This document shows, piece after piece, positions 1 to 5,094 of a DNA stretch of 7,286 nt. The notes beneath the pieces are model-generated. The model made no database searches, was not told where the DNA came from, and worked only from the letters and a program-made list of their open reading frames with translations. Source of the stretch: a virus; the IMG/VR virus record IMGVR_UViG_3300007042_000002, positions 1 to 7,286 of that record, one strand, 5' to 3'. Numbering within the stretch: the stretch's first letter is position 1; each line of letters opens with the position of its first letter. A program made the position numbers and the translations under genes.

Positions 1-99
1 AGAGCATCTATGAGCCTGCTCCGGTTGAGAGCCTTCCGCTTCGTGTTTGCCTGTCGCCGACGATGAAGCACGCCGACGACCCGGCAAACCCTCAAATCA
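1..99. repeat. Terminal redundancy, left copy (identical to 7188..7286)
   Basis: Base-by-base comparison gives 99/99 identity with the last 99 nt of the window. Confidence 0.95.
31..99 (+). repeat. 69-bp direct repeat, copy B (same sequence as 7218..7286)
   Basis: 66/69 identical to 7003..7071. Internal layout is TTTGCC (46..51), then CGCCGACGA (55..63), a 7-nt spacer, CGCCGACGA (71..79), then GGCAAA (83..88). Confidence 0.9.
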
Positions 100-123
100 A
101 CATTTCAGAACACTCAAACCCCC

Positions 124-160
124 AGCGATTTTGTGGGGCCCGCAAACCCACAAAATCGCT
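124..160. repeat. Perfect hairpin with 14-bp stem and 9-nt loop; candidate packaging-signal or origin hairpin
   Basis: agcgattttgtggg (124..137) is the exact reverse complement of cccacaaaatcgct (147..160). No U/T run follows on either strand, so it is not a classic terminator. Confidence 0.6.
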
Positions 161-175
161 AAAAGCAAAAGCGAA

Positions 176-193
176 GGGTTGGGCTGGGAAGGG
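176..193 (+). other. Canonical G-quadruplex motif GGGTTGGGCTGGGAAGGG
   Basis: Four G3 tracts (176-178, 181-183, 186-188, 191-193) are separated by 2-nt loops. A fifth GGG lies at 202-204. Confidence 0.6.
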
Positions 194-206
194 TGTAATT
201 TGGGCA

Positions 207-245
207 AATATACGTTTAACGAAAAATATACGTTTAACGAAAAAT
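207..245. repeat. Tandem 18-bp iteron aatatacgtttaacgaaa, two full copies plus a partial third
   Basis: 207..224 equals 225..242 exactly, followed by aat. Each unit contains the inverted core CGTT-T-AACG. Confidence 0.85.
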
Positions 246-302
246 TAAGGGTATAGTTTGGGCGATATTAGGGTGTCAAGCTAAGAAACCCCCCTACCCC
301 CC

Positions 303-1240
303 TTTTTTGACCCCACCTGTATTGCAAGGATTTACGGTTCTAATCAAGAGAATATTAACGATTTCTTAGCGGATGCCCCTAACGTCCATGGTGTCGGTGA
401 GCATACGAATTTCACCGGCCGGGCCTTAATCCCACATCCGGAGGACACATCTGTAAAGCTGGTTACGGTTGCAGTAAAACGGTGTGCCACGTTCTGCAGT
501 TCGTGTTGCATTGCGCCTGTCCTCTCGACGGGCAACGGTGCGTACAGTATTGATTTCACTTCGGATATTCTCCTCTTAGTCTCCAGTAGCTTCGACCGGG
601 GGCCTAGCCCTCGCGCAGCCGTCTCAGCGTAAAACTAGACTTAAATATCATCCCTTGATAGGTGCTTTGGTACTTAGCCCTCTACACCGTAGATTTTCCG
701 TTACTCTGTTCCTGCTCCAGGGAGCCAAGAGAGCCCTCTTGCGCTCTGTGGTCCTACACCTGTAAAACAGTGGTGGACCGAACCACTGTCCCTACTACTA
801 ACCACCTCTTGCACCTCCTTAAAAACTGCCTTTTTTTCAGGGTATGCACATTTGCGAATAAATGTCAATCCCCTGCCGTATGAAATTCGTATTGCTTTTT
901 AGCAAGAATCATGCCAACTGCAAAAACCCCCTAAAATCCTGTACCAATCGCGCAAAAGCAAAAGCCTTTAGCCGATAGATCCTTGCCCCGCTGAAGCCGG
1001 TGTTACCACCACTAAAAATCAACGTTCAATGCCATTAGGCCGCCAAGCGCGAATACGCTCCACTAGCCTGCGCCTACTTGCATCCGCGCCAAAGCTTCAA
1101 CACTTGGGGAAAGTCTTAATACTCAACCACTTAGGCCCGGCCACTCAGTGGCCGACGGTAGATTCATGCACACGGAACGAAGAGCGCCACCGTAGGGGGG
1201 TACCCCCTACACCCCCAATCAAGGCTTCGATTAACTCTAC
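303..1240. other. ORF-free, GC-enriched, hairpin-dense segment; candidate structured ncRNA or non-coding insertion
   Basis: No ORF with a credible start and protein-like sequence in six frames. Hand GC counts of 60-nt lines are 32, 30, 37, 30 and 31 of 60 here, against 21 and 24 of 60 in the zot-like and pIII-like genes. Local hairpins at 395..417, 516..532, 726..741, 767..789, 1138..1154 and 1192..1210. Confidence 0.4.
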
Positions 1241-1248
1241 TGCAAGAT

Positions 1249-1315
1249 TTTATTATCTTGAAGTATTCAATTTATTATCTCAAACATTATCTAGAACATT
1301 AAATTTTATTATTTT
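1249..1315. repeat. AT-rich tract with reiterated (TTT)ATTATCT motif; candidate origin or nick region
   Basis: tttattatct occurs at 1249..1258 and 1271..1280, attatct at 1286..1292, and a degenerate attattt at 1308..1314. aacatta occurs twice (1283..1289 and 1295..1301). The tract abuts the stop of the zot-like gene. Confidence 0.4.
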
Positions 1316-2376
1316 ATTTCAGATATTCCTGTGAATCTTCTCTGAGATTGTCCGCCTCTACGGCTATTGCGATCTTCTCCATAAGGATTATAGACAGGCC
1401 CACGACTAGCCAATGTCCTGCATTGGGCTAGCCCTATCTCGTATTTAGTTCCCTGCTCTGTAATGCATGTACAACTGTGATCTTTCCAACGCCCATTAGC
1501 ATCTAGACCCTGTCCAGAAGACATACAGAATAATTCAGGATCTGCAGCCACCGAACGATCATCATAAATCGGTGCAGTCCACGGCGCTGAAGCTATACGG
1601 GGTGTGTGATCTTCTACATAATCCTTAACATTTTCCCAGCGTTTTTCTTTGTCCTCTTTCTTCTTACTCATTGCATAATCAAATGCAATATCAGTGGGCA
1701 ATATCTTTTGTTCGGTTTGAGTTATTTCATTGTTACTCATACCGCTACGTATTTGCCAAATCACATAAGCCAGAAGTAACCCTGCCACACCAAATAACAA
1801 CATTGCCCGTTTAGCACGAGCTGAAACCGTACGCTTTACAGTATGAATCTCTGCCGATTTATATAAGCCGTAGCAGTCTTTAGGATAAACCCATGTTTCA
1901 TGATCTTCACAAGCTAATGCTCGATCACTTCTAACATTATCTATAACTCGACTACGTCTATAAACTGTTGCAGATTGTTTGCCGTTCTCTCTAACTAAAT
2001 GTTCATGCAGTCCAACTAATGCCCTGATGTTTGCATGAATTAATGCCGGAGATTGAGTTATTAGAATTAATCGAATTCCCTCATGCCGGATCGTCTCCAT
2101 AGCTTGAATATAAGCCGGAACCGCACCCGCTGCGGCTCTGAAAAACCGCTGCGCTTCGTCTACTACCAAAATTGCGCCAGTTGGTAACTCTTCCCATTTA
2201 GTAGGGTCTGGAAAATCTAACACCCCATCAATAGTAAGTTCTGCTAAATTCGATACAAATACCTGCTCATTCGCTGCAATTGCCTGCTTGATATACCACA
2301 CAGCCCGTAGTGTCTTACCGTTGCCGGGTACCCCAGTTAGCAGGGTAATGGAAGCTGTTTTAGCAATCGCACTCAT
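1309..2376 (-). CDS. Zot/pI-like phage assembly P-loop ATPase (355 aa)
   Basis: N-terminal Walker A GVPGNGKT (aa 15-22) and Walker B ILVVDE (aa 69-74). A single central TM segment AMLLFGVAGLLLAYVIWQI (aa 191-209) is followed by a C-terminal domain. It is the last gene of the morphogenesis module, the topology typical of the Zot/pI family. Confidence 0.9.
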   Translation of the reverse strand: MSAIAKTASITLLTGVPGNGKTLRAVWYIKQAIAANEQVFVSNLAELTIDGVLDFPDPTKWEELPTGAILVVDEAQRFFRAAAGAVPAYIQAMETIRHEGIRLILITQSPALIHANIRALVGLHEHLVRENGKQSATVYRRSRVIDNVRSDRALACEDHETWVYPKDCYGLYKSAEIHTVKRTVSARAKRAMLLFGVAGLLLAYVIWQIRSGMSNNEITQTEQKILPTDIAFDYAMSKKKEDKEKRWENVKDYVEDHTPRIASAPWTAPIYDDRSVAADPELFCMSSGQGLDANGRWKDHSCTCITEQGTKYEIGLAQCRTLASRGPVYNPYGEDRNSRRGGQSQRRFTGISEIK

Positions 2377-2381
2377 CTGTA

Positions 2382-2400
2382 TTTGTCAAGTCTTGACAAA
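2382..2400. promoter_or_regulatory. Perfect 9-1-9 palindrome tttgtcaag-t-cttgacaaa, 5 nt upstream of the zot-like start codon
   Basis: The two arms are exact reverse complements. The start codon at 2376 has no Shine-Dalgarno sequence. The half-site TTGTCAAG recurs at 2449..2456 and 6598..6605. Confidence 0.55.
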
Positions 2401-2447
2401 AGTTCGTTTGTATGATACGAGAAATTCAAGTACATCATTTGGCTATA

Positions 2448-2466
2448 GTTGTCAAGACTTCACAAA
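2448..2466. promoter_or_regulatory. Degenerate second copy of the 19-bp palindrome (gttgtcaag-a-cttcacaaa)
   Basis: 16/19 identical to 2382..2400, with centres 66 bp apart. It overlaps the stop of the pVI-like gene. Confidence 0.45.
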
Positions 2467-2760
2467 GAATATTTTCTTTGCCATAACCAAAGTCATGAAA
2501 GACACCATAATGCTAGCGGCTTTGTTTATACCCAAAAGATTGAACCAACATTGCCAAGCGGAAGGAATCATGTTCCAAGCATTCATTGCATTATCAATCA
2601 TTGGCTGGATAATCATTTCATTGGTTGCAATGAGTATCCCTAAACGCCCCAAGAAACTCACTGCAATTTGCACTAAATACATTTGCGCAAAACGGACTAA
2701 CCAAGGCCCTAATGCAGCAAGAAAAGCAACTAATACCGGAACCGCCGCAGGCAATGCCAT
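2452..2760 (-). CDS. pVI-like minor coat / membrane protein (102 aa)
   Basis: Strongly hydrophobic with multiple TM segments. It sits between the adsorption-protein and assembly-ATPase genes, as gene VI does in Ff phages. A GGAGG lies 7 nt upstream of the ATG, which starts 3 nt after the upstream stop. Confidence 0.8.
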   Translation of the reverse strand: MALPAAVPVLVAFLAALGPWLVRFAQMYLVQIAVSFLGRLGILIATNEMIIQPMIDNAMNAWNMIPSAWQCWFNLLGINKAASIMVSFMTLVMAKKIFFVKS

Positions 2761-2763
2761 TAT

Positions 2764-4206
2764 CTAACCTCCTAAGCGAATGGCGACCCAAAGATATGTG
2801 CAAGACACGATTAACCAGCCAATCATGTTTGCTAAATCCCACCAATCTGACCCCATTTCAATATCATGACCCAGCAAAGTAAATCCAGTAGCGCATTGGC
2901 TTACGTTTTGAGCGCCAAAGAGATTAGTTTTTAATTCCTTATTTTCATGTACATGCCATATTGAGGATTCATCTACCGGCGGGCCTGTATCGCTACCCAA
3001 TGCCTGTAGCCCGGCTACCTCTTCAGCACGCCAGTTAGTATCTTGATTACCTCCATTATCTAACGTTGCTAGTTTCTCTAATGCACAAGTAGAGCGCCAT
3101 TGCATTATCAAACTGCTAAATTCCAAGGCATCACATTTATCCCCCGTGCATACCGGAGGACGATCACACGCGCCACCGCTTATATTCCGATTCTTGCGGG
3201 TATTGCAATCAATCCGCCATAGAATCCGAGACTGTCCACACAATATAGGATCCCCTGAACAAGAGGGAGGCATATTACAACCATCACCGCCGCTAAAACG
3301 GTTTCCCCCGGAACCCGTTTCACCGGCTCCATTATCTGAATTATTTGATTCCCCTGAATCATCATTATTTTTAGGATCTTCTGCAATCCATTTGCATGTA
3401 CCATCCGGCCCTAGTTTTTGTCCCATCGGGCAAGCTTCATTATCTAGTTCGCACTCTCCAGAAATATTCAACATTCCCGCAGAACATTCGTTTTCTAATC
3501 TTTTACAGTAGGCTAAACCATACTGAATAGCTCCCGGAGTTCCTTTAGGAACTCTGCTCATTCCATCGGGACACAACTCAAGTAAACATTTCCCTGATGC
3601 GTCTTTATTATCTTCTTCGCACTTTTCCGAAGTTCCTATACAAATACCCCCATGATCCTCAAGCCAAGTATCACCAAATTCTAAACAATCACCTTTAAAG
3701 GTATTCGGATCACAGAAAGAACCCGTATGCCCAAAAGTAATACCAGAAGCCCACTCTATACAACCCTCGTTGCAATAAAAAGAACCTTCAGGATAAGGAA
3801 GGCCGATATTAATCTTTAATCCCTCTCCACCTACTTCACAAGCATCCTGACATTCTTTTGTATATGGGTTAAAAACATCGCCATCTGTACATATTGTGTC
3901 ATCTACCAACCAGTAAAAATACATGTACCCCTGTTCATCCCCACAATAAGGCGACGACACCCCACCATGCCCATTCATCATGCACCAAAAAGAAGTTCCC
4001 TCTACCCTACAATAGCCCGGGTTATCATAATGCCCCTCATAAGGTGAACCTTTCAAAGAAGCATCCAAATCCGCTAAGGTCTGCATACATGCTGACCAAG
4101 CTGCCGACTTAGTCGGGTATTCATACCAACCCGCCTTAGCTTCACTAAAAAAGAAAATCAAAAACACTGCTATACATTGCCATGTAAGCACTTGCTTGAT
4201 ATTCAT
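2764..4206 (-). CDS. pIII-like adsorption / minor coat protein, Cys-rich (480 aa from ATG 4206; the ORF is open to TTG 4233)
   Basis: Signal peptide MNIKQVLTWQCIAVFLIFFFSEAKA. About 29 ectodomain cysteines. G/S/N/D-rich linker (aa 286-318 of the 489-aa ORF). C-terminal hydrophobic anchor WLIVSCTYLWVAIRLGG. ATG 4206 follows the upstream micro-ORF stop by 1 nt. Confidence 0.85.
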   Translation of the reverse strand: MNIKQVLTWQCIAVFLIFFFSEAKAGWYEYPTKSAAWSACMQTLADLDASLKGSPYEGHYDNPGYCRVEGTSFWCMMNGHGGVSSPYCGDEQGYMYFYWLVDDTICTDGDVFNPYTKECQDACEVGGEGLKINIGLPYPEGSFYCNEGCIEWASGITFGHTGSFCDPNTFKGDCLEFGDTWLEDHGGICIGTSEKCEEDNKDASGKCLLELCPDGMSRVPKGTPGAIQYGLAYCKRLENECSAGMLNISGECELDNEACPMGQKLGPDGTCKWIAEDPKNNDDSGESNNSDNGAGETGSGGNRFSGGDGCNMPPSCSGDPILCGQSRILWRIDCNTRKNRNISGGACDRPPVCTGDKCDALEFSSLIMQWRSTCALEKLATLDNGGNQDTNWRAEEVAGLQALGSDTGPPVDESSIWHVHENKELKTNLFGAQNVSQCATGFTLLGHDIEMGSDWWDLANMIGWLIVSCTYLWVAIRLGG

Positions 4207-4207
4207 T

Positions 4208-4297
4208 TCATTCGTCCCAACCATGGGAAGCAATTACTGCCGCGCATATCCACCAAATCAGCACCAATAAACCGTAGAAATTCTCAAACCCTTTCAT
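4208..4297 (-). CDS. 29-aa hydrophobic micro-ORF (MKGFENFYGLLVLIWWICAAVIASHGWDE), not in the ORF track
   Basis: My own translation. It has a single TM-like core, and its TGA stop is 1 nt before the pIII-like ATG (tgaaATG). That junction type matches the gV-like/38-aa junction. The RBS is weak. Confidence 0.45.
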   Translation of the reverse strand: MKGFENFYGLLVLIWWICAAVIASHGWDE

Positions 4298-4362
4298 CTC
4301 TCTTGTTCTTATCTTCCTGTAAAAAGCTACTATCTACGAGTATCGTGCCGCTATCCCTTGCT

Positions 4363-4402
4363 GCTGGCCCCGTCCCTTGCCAAGCTGCGGGACAAGGCCA
4401 GC
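4363..4402. repeat. GC-rich imperfect hairpin in the coat/pIII gap
   Basis: Outer stem gctggcc (4363..4369) pairs with ggccagc (4396..4402). Inner stem gtccc (4372..4376) pairs with gggac (4389..4393). tcccttgc is directly repeated at 4354..4361 and 4373..4380. Confidence 0.5.
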
Positions 4403-4443
4403 GCTGCGCGCTTAGCGCACGATGTTAGAAATATCGAGAGACT

Positions 4444-4486
4444 GTACTTATTTAAAAAATATGTCCCATATTCTTTAAATAAGTAC
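4444..4486. repeat. Long AT-rich hairpin with 20-bp stem (1 mismatch) and 3-nt loop
   Basis: gtacttatttaaaaaatatg (4444..4463) pairs with catattctttaaataagtac (4467..4486). Confidence 0.7.
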
Positions 4487-4502
4487 GCTCAGGCCGCGCG
4501 CT

Positions 4503-4537
4503 GTATTAAAGAGAGTTACAAGAACTCTCTTTAATAC
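4503..4537 (-). terminator. Perfect hairpin (15-bp stem, 5-nt loop) 10 nt downstream of the major coat stop; possible terminator or mRNA-stabilising element
   Basis: gtattaaagagagtt (4503..4517) pairs with aactctctttaatac (4523..4537). Its position matches the post-gene-VIII terminator of Ff phages, but no U-run follows, so it is not a canonical intrinsic terminator. Confidence 0.4.
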
Positions 4538-4547
4538 GCTTGCTACA

Positions 4548-4778
4548 TTATCGGGGTTTCAGTAAGTTAGCCGCTCTGATTGCCCATAACACCACTGCAA
4601 AAGCAATCACCAGCCCGATAACCGCCACTTTATAAGTGCTGAACTCTGCCAGTATTCCGCTAGTATCTGGCGGGGTTGATTGAGCAAAAGCAAACCCCGG
4701 AACCAAAGACATAAACATCAAGAAAACAGCCGCTTGTGCATGGCTTACTTTTGTTTTTACCGTTTGCAACATTTTCAT
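4548..4778 (-). CDS. Major coat protein, pVIII-like (76-aa precursor)
   Basis: Signal peptide ends in AFA before QS. The mature ~44 aa has an acidic N-terminus (D, E), a hydrophobic core VAVIGLVIAFAVVLWAI and a basic C-terminus RAANLLKPR. A GAGGT lies 5 nt upstream of the ATG. Confidence 0.9.
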   Translation of the reverse strand: MKMLQTVKTKVSHAQAAVFLMFMSLVPGFAFAQSTPPDTSGILAEFSTYKVAVIGLVIAFAVVLWAIRAANLLKPR

Positions 4779-4781
4779 TTT

Positions 4782-4973
4782 CTACCTCGTTGGCTTGAAA
4801 AACCGCTTTGCTGCGGCAATTAAAAAAAGGCTAGAAAAAAACGCAAACCCCACTGTATTAGCCTCACCTACAGTAGGCAGATAATCAAACAGCATAGGTT
4901 TCTCAACCCATGCTGTTTGATTACAGGTTCCATCACTGGCGGGTATTGCATCTAAACACACCAGATAACGCAT
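4782..4973 (-). CDS. Small membrane protein (63 aa), candidate virion-cap protein in the pVII/pIX position
   Basis: C-terminal TM segment VGFAFFSSLFLIAAA followed by the basic tail KRFFKPTR. It lies between the ssDNA-binding and major coat genes and is separated from its neighbours by 3 nt on each side. Confidence 0.6.
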   Translation of the reverse strand: MRYLVCLDAIPASDGTCNQTAWVEKPMLFDYLPTVGEANTVGFAFFSSLFLIAAAKRFFKPTR

Positions 4974-4976
4974 AAA

Positions 4977-5093
4977 TTAATGTCCCAGTTTGCGGATAGC
5001 TAATGCAAATAAAACTGCGCATGAACTAACACCGCTTGCAAATCCCACCGCTAATAATGTGTACGGGTGAGCTGTTGCAATTAACTGATACAT
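4977..5093 (-). CDS. 38-aa hydrophobic micro-ORF (MYQLIATAHPYTLLAVGFASGVSSCAVLFALAIRKLGH), pVII/pIX-like; not in the ORF track
   Basis: My own translation. The ATG at 5093 is 1 nt after the gV-like TGA (tgatATG), and its stop is 3 nt before the next ATG. Size and hydrophobicity resemble the Ff pVII/pIX proteins of 32-33 aa. Confidence 0.55.
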   Translation of the reverse strand: MYQLIATAHPYTLLAVGFASGVSSCAVLFALAIRKLGH

Positions 5094-5094
5094 A

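Noticed and set aside
47-256. ORFs running through the repeat and origin-like region (47..256, 63..248, 6854..7129, 6942..7145).
   Set aside because: They are generated by the duplicated 69-bp repeat, which is why the same peptide strings appear twice. They read through hairpins, the G4 motif and the iterons, their composition is junk-like, and they lack an RBS.
289-317. Minus-strand G-rich tract (GGTGGGGTCAAAAAAGGGGGGTAGGGGGG) as a second G-quadruplex.
   Set aside because: It has only three tracts of three or more Gs, with one 8-nt loop, so it is not a canonical four-tract G4. It is better explained as part of the C-tract boundary repeat.
344-559. 71-aa minus-strand ORF with a GTG start. 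The frame is open for 96 codons (347..634) and an AGGAG lies about 10 nt upstream of the GTG.
   Set aside because: A ~96-codon open frame is not surprising by chance in a ~50-60 percent GC stretch. The start is non-ATG, the SD spacing is long, and the sequence has no recognisable motif. It cannot be fully excluded, so conservation in relatives should be checked.
589-640. Local resemblance to the tmRNA 5' conserved block (ttcgaccggggg against UUCGACGGG, then cgtaaaac).
   Set aside because: There is no GGGG acceptor 5' strand upstream, no T-arm or CCA-proximal 3' domain downstream, and no tag reading frame ending in a hydrophobic Ala-rich peptide. The match is too short to trust.
767-789. Hairpin acagtggt-ggaccga-accactgt, whose minus-strand form GGTTCGGTCC resembles a tRNA T-arm.
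   Set aside because: The stem and loop register does not fit a 5-bp T-stem with a TTCRANY loop. No acceptor, D or anticodon arms can be built around it.
662-883. 73-aa (+) ORF, together with the 101-aa (+) ORF at 1029..1334 and the 83-aa (+) ORF at 4177..4428.
   Set aside because: The starts have no RBS (662 is GTG) and the translations are odd, rich in Cys and Leu or in Arg, Pro and Ser. 1029..1334 runs into the AT-rich tract and the zot-like gene end. 4177..4428 runs antisense across the pIII-like start and the hairpin region.
954-965. Exact 12-mer aaaagcaaaagc shared with 161..172.
   Set aside because: It is low-complexity, and a few exact 12-mer coincidences are expected by chance in a 7.3-kb window when both orientations are considered.
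1277-1304. Possible XerCD dif-like attP (atctcaaacat-tatcta-gaacattaaat).
   Set aside because: Only partial similarity to the XerD arm (acattaaat against atgttaaat), and the XerC arm does not match. AT-rich sequence gives such partial hits easily. Other partial hits (5052..5075, 1928..1952) lie inside CDSs.
2288-2767. 159-aa plus-strand ORF. The same reasoning covers 2449..2643 (+), 2618..2845 (-), 3146..3511 (+), 3180..3404 (-), 3894..4112 (+), 5836..6126 (+) and 5856..6203 (-).
   Set aside because: They are antisense or off-frame shadows inside much better supported minus-strand genes (zot-like, pVI-like, pIII-like, Rep). Their translations are low-complexity or rich in Pro, Arg, Ser and Cys, and none has an RBS.
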